In this document: positions 50,115-60,428 of the stretch, one piece after another
Layout: each line of letters opens with the position of its first letter
Position numbering within the stretch: position 1 is the stretch's first letter
The notes under the pieces: generated by a model
What the model was told of the DNA's origin: nothing
What the model saw: the letters and a program-made list of their open reading frames with translations, nothing else
Databases searched by the model: none
Assembly (NCBI RefSeq): GCF_003790525.1
Contig: NZ_CP033635.1
Length of the DNA: 64,000 bases
Strand: one strand, 5' to 3'
Source of the DNA: Escherichia coli
GTDB lineage: Bacteria; Pseudomonadota; Gammaproteobacteria; Enterobacterales; Enterobacteriaceae
Made by a program: the position numbers and the translations under genes

Positions 50115-51353
50115 ATGGCTGACACTCGCCCTGAACGTCGCTTTACGCGTATTGATCGTCTCCCGCCCTACGTTTTTAATATTACCGCTGAACTGAAAAT
50201 GGCTGCGCGTCGGCGCGGCGAAGATATTATCGATTTCAGTATGGGTAACCCGGACGGTGCGACTCCGCCGCATATCGTCGAAAAATTATGTACGGTGGCC
50301 CAGCGCCCGGACACGCATGGTTACTCCACGTCGCGCGGCATTCCGCGGTTACGTCGCGCCATTTCCCGCTGGTATCAGGATCGCTACGGCGTTGAGATCG
50401 ACCCGGAATCAGAAGCTATCGTCACCATTGGTTCGAAAGAGGGACTGGCGCATCTGATGCTGGCGACGCTGGATCATGGTGACACTGTACTGGTGCCTAA
50501 TCCAAGCTACCCGATTCATATTTACGGCGCGGTGATTGCCGGGGCGCAGGTACGCTCAGTGCCGCTGGTGGAAGGTGTCGATTTCTTCAACGAACTGGAA
50601 CGCGCCATTCGCGAAAGTTATCCGAAACCGAAGATGATGATCCTCGGCTTCCCGTCGAACCCAACCGCGCAATGCGTGGAGCTGGAATTCTTTGAGAAGG
50701 TTGTGGCGCTGGCGAAACGCTACGATGTGCTGGTGGTCCATGACCTGGCCTATGCCGATATCGTCTACGATGGCTGGAAAGCGCCGTCAATCATGCAGGT
50801 GCCAGGTGCACGCGATGTGGCGGTCGAGTTCTTTACGCTGTCGAAAAGTTACAACATGGCGGGCTGGCGTATCGGCTTTATGGTCGGTAACAAAACGCTG
50901 GTCAGCGCGTTGGCACGTATTAAAAGCTATCACGATTACGGCACCTTTACGCCGTTGCAGGTGGCAGCGATTGCGGCGCTGGAGGGCGATCAACAGTGCG
51001 TGCGCGACATTGCTGAACAGTACAAACGCCGCCGTGATGTACTGGTAAAAGGGCTGCATGAAGCGGGCTGGATGGTCGAAATGCCGAAGGCTTCGATGTA
51101 TGTCTGGGCGAAAATCCCGGAACCATATGCGGCCATGGGTTCACTGGAATTTGCCAAGAAGCTGCTTAACGAAGCGAAGGTCTGTGTCTCTCCAGGGATT
51201 GGCTTTGGCGACTACGGCGACACCCATGTTCGCTTTGCACTGATTGAAAACCGCGATCGTATTCGCCAGGCGATTCGTGGAATTAAAGCGATGTTCCGTG
51301 CCGACGGTTTACTACCCGCCAGCAGCAAACATATTCACGAAAACGCGGAATAA
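50115..51353 (+). CDS. alaC: Glutamate-pyruvate aminotransferase (PLP-dependent)
   Basis: 412 aa from [23 protein letters not shown]..., class I aminotransferase with [10 protein letters not shown] lysine motif. Confidence 0.95.
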   Translation: MADTRPERRFTRIDRLPPYVFNITAELKMAARRRGEDIIDFSMGNPDGATPPHIVEKLCTVAQRPDTHGYSTSRGIPRLRRAISRWYQDRYGVEIDPESEAIVTIGSKEGLAHLMLATLDHGDTVLVPNPSYPIHIYGAVIAGAQVRSVPLVEGVDFFNELERAIRESYPKPKMMILGFPSNPTAQCVELEFFEKVVALAKRYDVLVVHDLAYADIVYDGWKAPSIMQVPGARDVAVEFFTLSKSYNMAGWRIGFMVGNKTLVSALARIKSYHDYGTFTPLQVAAIAALEGDQQCVRDIAEQYKRRRDVLVKGLHEAGWMVEMPKASMYVWAKIPEPYAAMGSLEFAKKLLNEAKVCVSPGIGFGDYGDTHVRFALIENRDRIRQAIRGIKAMFRADGLLPASSKHIHENAE

Positions 51354-51373
51354 ACACCATCGCCAGAAATGCA

Positions 51374-51400
51374 AACAGGAGCCAGATGGCTCCTGTTTTT
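51374..51400 (+). terminator. Rho-independent terminator of alaC
   Basis: caggagcc-agat-ggctcctg followed by ttttt. Confidence 0.65.
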
Positions 51401-51417
51401 CATTGCACAGTTTGCTT

Positions 51418-51489
51418 TTAGATCATCAGGGCAAAAGTACCGGCCCAAACGATGACCATAAAAGAAATGCCCATAAAGAAATATTTCAC
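51418..51489 (-). CDS. ypdK: Small membrane protein YpdK (23 aa), GTG start
   Basis: Reverse-strand gtgaaatatttctttatgggcatttcttttatggtcatcgtttgggccggtacttttgccctgatgatctaa = MKYFFMGISFMVIVWAGTFALMI, preceded by ggagag; below the ORF-track size cutoff. Confidence 0.55.
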   Translation of the reverse strand: MKYFFMGISFMVIVWAGTFALMI

Positions 51490-51844
51490 TTTACATCTCT
51501 CCGCGTAATTACTGTTACGCCTGAATGACTTCATTACACCTGATACAGTGAGTTGACACCGGGCAAAACGACCTTAAAAGTCCTGTATTTTACCGTGGGC
51601 ATCACCCCAGAATTCTGAGCTAAACTGCTCCAGACGGCGCTAATGTACGCCTAAAACTGAAACGAGACAAGAGGCATTTTCTTATTTACTTTTAGTAACT
51701 TACAGGTGTCTCATATCGGCGACAGTTTAATTTCTGACGGTAATAATTAGAGATTCAGCGAAGGAAAAAACCTTAAGAAAAAAGCCATAAAAACCATGAG
51801 GTTATTATGGCTGATTTGAGGAGGGAAAGAGTAAGAGCAGTTTG

Positions 51845-52765
51845 TTAAATGTATAGCGACGATTCTCCCACCGGGCGCGTTTTAAAGCGACGGTGGATCC
51901 ATAGGTACTGCTCCGGTGCGCGCATGATCTCTTTTTCGATAATCTTGTTCATATAGGCAGCGGCTTGATTTTCATCTGCCGGGTAGCCTTCCATCTCTGG
52001 GGTGATGTACAAACGATATCCGCTGTAATCCGCTTTTCTTACCATCGTTACGGTTAACATGGCTGCGCCAGAGAGACGTGAAAGGACATACGTACCATTG
52101 GTTGTGGCAACATTTTCCACCGCAAAGAACGGCGCGAAGGAGCTGCCTTTACGACCATAATCCTGATCGGGAGCAAACCATACCGCTTCACCTTTCTTCA
52201 GTGCACCGACAATGCCGCGCAGATTATTTCTGCCGATCATCGCTTTGTTAGAGCGCATGCGACCACGGGTCTGCACCCATTCCATCAGCTGATTATTATG
52301 TGGACGATAGGTGGCCATCATTGGCTGACAAAGTCCCATCACGCGGCCGCCCAGTTCCAGCGACATAAAATGGACGCCGACAACCATTACGCCGCGATTT
52401 TGCATTTGTGCGCGTTTAAGATTATCCAACCCTTCAACATCAAACCATTTACGTACGCGACTGTCGGGCCAGAACCACGCCATGCCGGTTTCTACCAGCG
52501 CCATGCCGAGTGAACGAAAGTTTTCGGCAATCATCTTCTCGCGTTCTTCCGCAGAATGCTGCGGGAAACAAAGTTCCAGGTTTTTACGGGCGATAGATTC
52601 ACGCCGTTTCAGGAATGGTCGCGCCATTGCGCCAATACGCGTGCCGAGAAAGCAGAGAACAGGATAAGGAAGTTGTACCCAAAGCCAGAGTACACCAAGC
52701 CCAAACCATGTGAGCCAGTAGCGAGGATGCAGAAACTCGCGGGAAAATTTGCATTGTGGAAACAT
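51845..52765 (-). CDS. lpxP: Lipid A palmitoleoyltransferase (cold-induced lauroyl/palmitoleoyl acyltransferase)
   Basis: 306 aa from MFPQCKFSREFLHPRYWLTWFGLGVLWL... Confidence 0.92.
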   Translation of the reverse strand: MFPQCKFSREFLHPRYWLTWFGLGVLWLWVQLPYPVLCFLGTRIGAMARPFLKRRESIARKNLELCFPQHSAEEREKMIAENFRSLGMALVETGMAWFWPDSRVRKWFDVEGLDNLKRAQMQNRGVMVVGVHFMSLELGGRVMGLCQPMMATYRPHNNQLMEWVQTRGRMRSNKAMIGRNNLRGIVGALKKGEAVWFAPDQDYGRKGSSFAPFFAVENVATTNGTYVLSRLSGAAMLTVTMVRKADYSGYRLYITPEMEGYPADENQAAAYMNKIIEKEIMRAPEQYLWIHRRFKTRPVGESSLYI

Positions 52766-53117
52766 AGTTACCTTCTGTAGATACGAATTGTTGTATCGCA
52801 GAAGATTCCATGTCGACAGCGGTACACTCAATTGATTAGGCCATCATGTACGACAATGGTTCCTGTAAAGAGTGTAAAGACTAGTCAGGACATAACCACG
52901 AGGAGCATGAATGCGGTGGCTCTACTTTATCACTGGCTGACTGCTTTCAGCTACTGATTATTAATCGTGCAAAGTAAAAAGTTTTCCGCACGCAATAGCG
53001 TTGCATTTAACGTGCTGTTTTCATTGATGCTTAGCAAAAATTGCCAGAGGTTAAGGATTGTCTTACTATTAAAGTGACTGAAGTTACAGGTTTTTTAGCG
53101 CGGCAGGAGGTTGAGCT

Positions 53118-53360
53118 ATGATTTATTTATGGATGTTTCTCGCCCTGTGTATTGTCTGCGTAAGCGGATACATCGGTCAGGTCCTGAACGTGGTCTCGGC
53201 GGTCTCTTCTTTCTTCGGCATGGTGATCCTCGCTGCACTCATTTACTACTTCACCATGTGGTTAACTGGCGGTAATGAACTAGTGACGGGGATATTTATG
53301 TTTCTTGCCCCGGCTTGTGGCTTGATGATTCGCTTTATGGTGGGGTATGGCAGGCGCTAG
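53118..53360 (+). CDS. yfdY: Small inner-membrane protein (DUF2545)
   Basis: 80-aa hydrophobic ORF at the conserved position next to lpxP. Confidence 0.8.
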   Translation: MIYLWMFLALCIVCVSGYIGQVLNVVSAVSSFFGMVILAALIYYFTMWLTGGNELVTGIFMFLAPACGLMIRFMVGYGRR

Positions 53361-53436
53361 TGGGTCAGGATGGTTCATTTGGGCAGGTGTTCACATCAGC
53401 ATCAGGCATGATTGTTCACCTGCCATGTGACAGACG

Positions 53437-53712
53437 CTATCGCACAGGATGGATAAGATAATTCGCCTTTGTCGGAAAAGGGGGCGGAATTTCATCTGTG
53501 AGGTTTAATGGTGGCGCATCTTCTCTCATTTTTAACAAAATCGCCTGTGATGGCTGAAATTTTGTAGAATGAGTTGTCGTCATCATTGACGTTTTTTCTG
53601 TCTCTTTATAGCTCGCCTCACTACCACCACCAGAAATAGAAAATGCAAAAACATTGCATGCCATAATAGAGACCAATAAAAATAAGCTAAAAAGCATTAA
53701 GTTTACTTTCAT
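53437..53712 (-). CDS. ypdI: Putative lipoprotein YpdI
   Basis: 91 aa with lipoprotein-type signal peptide (LLVSIMAC lipobox). Confidence 0.8.
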   Translation of the reverse strand: MKVNLMLFSLFLLVSIMACNVFAFSISGGGSEASYKETEKTSMMTTTHSTKFQPSQAILLKMREDAPPLNLTDEIPPPFPTKANYLIHPVR

Positions 53713-53854
53713 AGAAAGTTATCCTGAAAATGGTTCACTGAAAACCTACGACGTTATTGCTGTATTTACATATAATTAATCAGTATTTACATCGATATAA
53801 TAAATGACATCTCTTTTTGGTATATAAGAATAGTTCTCTGTGACAGGAAGCATA

Positions 53855-53872
53855 TTCCTACAACTGTAAGAC
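53855..53872. promoter_or_regulatory. EvgA box upstream of yfdX
   Basis: TTCCTACAACTGTAAGAC fits the TTCYTACA-NN-TGTARGAA EvgA-box pattern. Confidence 0.5.
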
Positions 53873-53892
53873 TAAATGCCGCTTTGCGATAA

Positions 53893-53910
53893 TAACTACA
53901 GTTGTAAGAT
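53893..53910. promoter_or_regulatory. Second EvgA-box-like site upstream of yfdX
   Basis: TAACTACAGTTGTAAGAT, about 100 bp upstream of the yfdX start. Confidence 0.45.
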
Positions 53911-54007
53911 AACCCTTTCAAAATGTCCGTTGCTCTCTGATTTCTCATTTCATGCTCACCCAATATGATGGCGGCGTTTTCTAAAACTGTTAAAGAATGA
54001 GGTAAGT

Positions 54008-54631
54008 ATGAAACGTTTAATTATGGCTACGATGGTCACAGCAGTTCTGGCATCTTCAACTGTATGGGCTGCTGATAATGCACCGGTAGCGGCACAACAG
54101 CAAACTCAGCAAGTTCAGCAAACGGCAGCAGCAGAGCGTATCTCTGAACAAGGTTTATATGCGATGCGTGACGTGCAGGTAGCGCGCCTGGCTCTGTTTC
54201 ATGGCGATCCGGAAAAGGCAAAAGAACTGACCAATGAAGCTTCCGCTTTGTTGTCAGATGACAGTACCGAATGGGCAAAGTTCGCAAAGCCAGGTAAAAA
54301 GACCAATGTCAATGATGACCAATATATTGTCATTAATGCATCTGTCGGAATTTCTGAGAGTTATGTAGCGACACCTGAAAAAGAAGCCGCGATAAAAATT
54401 GCCAACGAAAAAATGGCGAAAGGGGATAAAAAGGGCGCAATGGAAGAGCTTCGCCTGGCCGGTGTTGGTGTAATGGAAAACCAATATCTGATGCCGCTTA
54501 AACAGACTCGTAATGCACTTGCTGATGCGCAGAAACTGCTTGATAAAAAGCAATACTACGAGGCAAACCTGGCGCTTAAAGGTGCGGAAGATGGAATCAT
54601 CGTCGATAGCGAAGCACTGTTTGTGAACTAA
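54008..54631 (+). CDS. yfdX: Periplasmic protein YfdX (EvgA-induced)
   Basis: 207-aa ORF with signal peptide [21 protein letters not shown]. Confidence 0.9.
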   Translation: MKRLIMATMVTAVLASSTVWAADNAPVAAQQQTQQVQQTAAAERISEQGLYAMRDVQVARLALFHGDPEKAKELTNEASALLSDDSTEWAKFAKPGKKTNVNDDQYIVINASVGISESYVATPEKEAAIKIANEKMAKGDKKGAMEELRLAGVGVMENQYLMPLKQTRNALADAQKLLDKKQYYEANLALKGAEDGIIVDSEALFVN

Positions 54632-54685
54632 AGCTGACAGGCAATATATTGAGGTAAAGGATTTTACTCCCTCCAGCCGACAATT

Positions 54686-54722
54686 TTTTATGGCCACAAT
54701 ACGACAGGTTGTGGCCATAAAA
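54686..54722 (+). terminator. Strong hairpin terminator downstream of yfdX
   Basis: 13-bp perfect inverted repeat TTTTATGGCCACA...TGTGGCCATAAAA with an 11-nt loop, followed by ttattt. Confidence 0.6.
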
Positions 54723-54874
54723 TTATTTGGCGCTCGCGGTTCTATAAACTCGAATTTTATCTTCCTCAAAGTAAACCGCAATAATCCCGTGTTATCACAA
54801 ATCATTTATTATGTTATGTTTTATGGTACGCTTTAAAAAGCGTAATCATACCCTTACTTGTAAATCACTGGCGC

Positions 54875-54892
54875 TTCTTACAGTTGTAAGAA
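54875..54892. promoter_or_regulatory. Perfect-palindrome EvgA box upstream of frc
   Basis: TTCTTACA-GT-TGTAAGAA, 250 bp upstream of the frc start. Confidence 0.5.
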
Positions 54893-55142
54893 TAACATCA
54901 CAAATGTCGCGGCTCTCTCTGATTACCGCGAGCCAATATTTATCATATTCTTCTTTTCGTCCTCACTACTTACCATGCAGAAAGGAATTGGAAGTAGCGA
55001 TGAAATGATTTTCAGTACTTGATACAGGAATTTAAAAATATCGAGTGCAGCTACGACGATATTTTGCGGATTATTTATAGAGGCGTTATGTCTTAAATAA
55101 ACGCTAAATTAACACATATTTAATTAACTAATAGGTATTGCT

Positions 55143-56393
55143 ATGTCAACTCCACTTCAAGGAATTAAAGTTCTCGATTTCACCGGTGTGCAATCTGGCC
55201 CATCTTGTACTCAAATGCTGGCCTGGTTTGGCGCTGACGTCATTAAAATTGAACGTCCCGGCGTTGGTGACGTAACGCGTCACCAGCTGCGAGATATTCC
55301 TGATATCGATGCGCTTTACTTCACCATGCTTAACAGTAACAAACGTTCTATTGAATTAAATACCAAAACAGCGGAAGGCAAAGAGGTAATGGAAAAGCTG
55401 ATCCGCGAAGCTGATATCTTAGTCGAGAACTTTCATCCTGGGGCCATTGATCACATGGGCTTCACCTGGGAGCATATTCAAGAAATCAATCCACGTCTGA
55501 TTTTTGGTTCGATCAAAGGGTTTGATGAGTGTTCGCCTTATGTGAATGTAAAAGCCTATGAAAACGTTGCTCAGGCAGCGGGTGGCGCGGCATCCACTAC
55601 GGGTTTTTGGGACGGTCCGCCGCTGGTAAGCGCTGCAGCGTTGGGTGACAGCAACACCGGAATGCATTTACTGATCGGTTTACTTGCTGCTTTGCTGCAT
55701 CGCGAAAAAACGGGGCGTGGGCAACGAGTCACCATGTCAATGCAGGATGCCGTATTGAACCTTTGCCGCGTGAAATTACGCGACCAGCAGCGTCTCGATA
55801 AATTGGGTTATCTGGAAGAATACCCGCAGTATCCGAATGGCACATTTGGTGATGCAGTTCCCCGCGGAGGTAATGCGGGTGGTGGCGGTCAGCCTGGCTG
55901 GATCCTGAAATGTAAAGGCTGGGAAACCGATCCTAATGCCTATATTTATTTCACTATTCAGGAGCAAAACTGGGAAAACACCTGTAAAGCTATCGGCAAA
56001 CCAGAATGGATTACCGATCCGGCATACAGTACAGCCCATGCCCGACAGCCACATATTTTCGATATTTTTGCTGAAATCGAAAAATACACTGTCACTATTG
56101 ATAAACATGAAGCTGTGGCCTATTTGACTCAGTTTGATATTCCTTGTGCACCGGTTTTAAGTATGAAAGAAATTTCACTTGATCCCTCTTTGCGCCAAAG
56201 TGGCAGTGTTGTCGAAGTGGAACAACCGTTGCGTGGAAAATATCTGACAGTTGGTTGTCCAATGAAATTCTCTGCCTTTACGCCGGATATTAAAGCTGCG
56301 CCGCTATTAGGTGAACATACCGCTGCTGTATTGCAGGAGCTGGGTTATAGCGACGATGAAATTGCTGCAATGAAGCAAAACCACGCCATCTGA
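55143..56393 (+). CDS. frc: Formyl-CoA:oxalate CoA-transferase
   Basis: 416-aa family III CoA-transferase. Confidence 0.95.
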
Positions 56394-56446
56394 TATTAAC
56401 GGGGGCTTCTGGCTCCCAATTTATAAAAATTTCGAGGTTATTAATC

Positions 56447-58141
56447 ATGTCAGATCAACTTCAAATGACAGATGGTATGCATATCATCGTTGAAGCATTA
56501 AAACAGAATAATATTGACACTATTTATGGTGTTGTAGGTATTCCTGTGACGGATATGGCACGCCATGCCCAGGCGGAAGGCATTCGTTATATTGGTTTTC
56601 GTCATGAGCAGTCGGCAGGCTATGCCGCTGCGGCAAGCGGTTTTCTTACCCAAAAACCAGGGATCTGCCTGACAGTGTCTGCGCCAGGATTCCTCAATGG
56701 TTTGACCGCATTGGCCAACGCAACGGTAAATGGTTTTCCGATGATCATGATTAGCGGCTCCAGCGACCGCGCGATCGTCGACCTACAGCAAGGTGATTAT
56801 GAAGAGCTGGACCAAATGAATGCGGCAAAACCGTATGCCAAAGCAGCATTCCGCGTTAATCAGCCGCAGGATCTTGGCATTGCATTGGCACGCGCTATCC
56901 GGGTCTCAGTATCGGGTCGCCCTGGCGGAGTTTATCTTGATTTGCCAGCAAATGTCCTGGCCGCGACGATGGAAAAAGACGAAGCGTTAACCACGATTGT
57001 AAAAGTTGAAAATCCGTCGCCAGCATTATTGCCATGCCCGAAGTCAGTCGCTAGCGCAATTTCGCTTTTAGCAAAAGCTGAACGACCATTAGTTATCCTT
57101 GGCAAAGGCGCGGCGTATTCACAAGCTGATGAACAGCTTCGTGAATTTATTGAAAGTGCCCAGATTCCATTCCTGCCAATGTCTATGGCGAAAGGGATCC
57201 TGGAAGATACACATCCACTTTCTGCGGCAACTGCGCGTTCGTTTGCCCTGGCAAATGCTGACGTTGTCATGCTTGTTGGTGCACGACTGAATTGGTTACT
57301 GGCACACGGTAAAAAAGGATGGGCGGCAGATACACAGTTTATTCAACTGGATATTGAACCGCAGGAAATTGACAGCAACCGCCCCATTGCTGTGCCAGTC
57401 GTTGGCGATATTGCATCCAGTATGCAAGGTATGCTGGCAGAACTGAAACAAAACACATTTACGACTCCACTGGTATGGCGCGATATTTTAAATATCCACA
57501 AGCAGCAAAATGCACAAAAAATGCATGAAAAGTTAAGTACAGATACCCAACCATTAAATTACTTTAATGCATTGAGTGCCGTGCGCGATGTTTTGCGCGA
57601 GAACCAGGATATTTATTTAGTTAATGAAGGGGCAAATACCCTGGATAATGCACGAAATATTATTGATATGTATAAACCACGTCGTCGTCTGGATTGTGGC
57701 ACCTGGGGTGTCATGGGCATCGGTATGGGCTATGCCATCGGTGCTAGCGTGACCTCTGGTTCTCCGGTTGTCGCCATTGAAGGTGATAGTGCTTTTGGTT
57801 TCAGTGGGATGGAGATTGAAACGATTTGTCGATATAACCTGCCGGTGACGATCGTTATTTTTAATAATGGCGGCATCTACAGAGGAGACGGTGTTGATCT
57901 CAGTGGCGCTGGTGCACCATCACCAACAGATCTGTTGCACCATGCAAGGTATGACAAATTAATGGATGCGTTTCGTGGCGTTGGCTATAACGTCACCACG
58001 ACAGATGAACTTCGTCATGCTTTAACCACCGGTATTCAGTCGCGCAAACCGACCATTATTAATGTGGTCATCGACCCTGCAGCAGGAACTGAAAGTGGCC
58101 ATATTACCAAACTTAACCCAAAACAAGTCGCTGGTAATTAA
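56447..58141 (+). CDS. oxc: Oxalyl-CoA decarboxylase (ThDP-dependent)
   Basis: 564 aa with ThDP-binding GDSAFGFS...NNGG motif. Confidence 0.95.
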
Positions 58142-58209
58142 ATACTGACATCGTCTCCTCTTGCCAACTCATTATCGATGGTGAGGGGACCCTTATCGGA
58201 AATACTATT

Positions 58210-59154
58210 ATGCTAACATTTTTTATTGGCGATTTATTGCCTATTATCGTAATCATGCTGTTGGGTTATTTTAGCGGCAGACGAGAAACTTTTTCAGAAG
58301 ATCAAGCCCGGGCATTTAATAAACTGGTATTAAACTACGCTCTTCCTGCGGCCCTATTTGTTTCTATTACCCGGGCAAACAGGGAAATGATTTTTGCGGA
58401 CACTCGCCTGACCCTTGTATCACTTGTGGTTATTGTCGGATGTTTCTTTTTCTCCTGGTTTGGTTGCTACAAATTTTTTAAACGTACCCATGCAGAAGCA
58501 GCAGTATGTGCATTAATTGCAGGTTCACCTACCATCGGATTCCTGGGGTTTGCAGTTCTCGACCCTATTTATGGTGATTCCGTATCAACAGGTTTAGTGG
58601 TAGCAATTATTTCTATTATTGTTAACGCAATTACTATTCCTATTGGTCTGTATTTGTTGAATCCTTCCTCAGGAGCGGATGGTAAGAAGAATAGCAATCT
58701 GAGCGCATTAATTTCTGCGGCAAAGGAGCCAGTAGTATGGGCACCTGTTCTGGCAACGATCCTGGTGTTGGTTGGGGTAAAAATTCCGGCAGCATGGGAC
58801 CCAACCTTTAATCTGATTGCGAAGGCTAACTCAGGGGTAGCGGTATTCGCTGCGGGGTTGACTCTGGCTGCACATAAATTCGAGTTCAGTGCCGAAATTG
58901 CTTATAACACCTTCCTGAAGCTGATTCTGATGCCACTGGCGCTGCTTCTCGTGGGTATGGCATGTCATTTGAACAGCGAACATTTGCAGATGATGGTACT
59001 GGCAGGCGCCTTACCGCCGGCATTCTCCGGAATCATTATTGCCAGCCGGTTTAATGTCTATACCCGCACTGGTACAGCATCATTGGCTGTGAGCGTACTG
59101 GGCTTTGTCGTCACGGCTCCCTTGTGGATTTATGTCAGTCGACTGGTTTCATAA
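58210..59154 (+). CDS. yfdV: AEC-family membrane transporter
   Basis: 314-aa polytopic membrane protein in the yfdX-frc-oxc-yfdV-yfdE cluster. Confidence 0.9.
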
Positions 59155-59227
59155 TTAATCATGTTATTGATTTTACATAAATGCCGAAGTGTCTTTTCAC
59201 CTTCGGCTTTTTTCAAGGCATAAGCAA

Positions 59228-60373
59228 ATGACAAATAATGAAAGCAAAGGGCCGTTTGAAGGCTTATTAGTTATCGATATGACGCATGTCCTTAATGGGC
59301 CTTTCGGAACTCAACTTCTTTGTAATATGGGCGCAAGGGTAATTAAAGTTGAGCCGCCAGGTCATGGTGATGATACCCGCACATTTGGTCCCTATGTGGA
59401 TGGACAGTCACTCTATTACAGTTTTATTAATCATGGCAAAGAGAGTGTGGTTCTTGATTTAAAGAATGATCACGATAAAAGTATATTTATAAATATGCTT
59501 AAACAAGCTGATGTATTAGCTGAGAATTTTCGCCCAGGTACAATGGAAAAACTGGGGTTTTCATGGGAAAGGTTACAAGAAATCAACCCGCGCCTTATAT
59601 ATGCTTCATCGTCAGGTTTCGGACATACCGGTCCGCTAAAAGATGCTCCTGCCTACGATACCATCATTCAGGCAATGAGCGGGATAATGATGGAAACAGG
59701 ATACCCTGATGCTCCGCCAGTGCGCGTTGGTACCTCTCTTGCGGATCTATGTGGTGGTGTTTATTTATTCAGCGGAATAGTGAGTGCACTTTATGGCCGC
59801 GAAAAGAGCCAGAGAGGTGCGCATGTCGATATAGCGATGTTTGATGCCACGCTGAGTTTTCTGGAGCATGGACTGATGGCATATATCGCGACTGGGAAGT
59901 CACCACAACGCCTGGGAAATCGCCATCCCTACATGGCACCTTTTGATGTTTTTGATACTCAGGATAAGCCGATTACAATTTGTTGTGGTAATGACAAGCT
60001 TTTTTCTGCGTTATGCCAGGCACTGGAGCTTACAGAACTGGTTAATGATCCCCGATTTAGCAGCAATATTTTACGCGTACAAAACCAGGCTATTCTTAAA
60101 CAATATATTGAGCGAACGTTAAAAACGCAGGCAGCTGAAGTTTGGTTAGCCAGAATACATGAAGTTGGTGTACCCGTCGCGCCGTTATTAAGTGTGGCTG
60201 AGGCCATTAATTTGCCACAAACTCAGGCGAGAAATATGTTGATTGAAGCCGGAGGAATAATGATGCCAGGTAATCCGATAAAAATCAGCGGCTGCGCGGA
60301 CCCGCATGTTATGCCGGGAGCGGCAACGCTCGACCAGCATGGGGAACAAATTCGCCAGGAGTTCTCATCATAA
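59228..60373 (+). CDS. yfdE: Acetyl-CoA:oxalate CoA-transferase (family III)
   Basis: 381 aa from MTNNESKGPFEGLLVIDMTHVLNGPFG...; internal ATG of track ORF 59189..60373. Confidence 0.9.
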   Translation: MTNNESKGPFEGLLVIDMTHVLNGPFGTQLLCNMGARVIKVEPPGHGDDTRTFGPYVDGQSLYYSFINHGKESVVLDLKNDHDKSIFINMLKQADVLAENFRPGTMEKLGFSWERLQEINPRLIYASSSGFGHTGPLKDAPAYDTIIQAMSGIMMETGYPDAPPVRVGTSLADLCGGVYLFSGIVSALYGREKSQRGAHVDIAMFDATLSFLEHGLMAYIATGKSPQRLGNRHPYMAPFDVFDTQDKPITICCGNDKLFSALCQALELTELVNDPRFSSNILRVQNQAILKQYIERTLKTQAAEVWLARIHEVGVPVAPLLSVAEAINLPQTQARNMLIEAGGIMMPGNPIKISGCADPHVMPGAATLDQHGEQIRQEFSS

Positions 60374-60428
60374 ATGTAAGATGTGCTGGTAAATAGCTCC
60401 CACATTAGAACATTGTGGGAGCCGCAAT

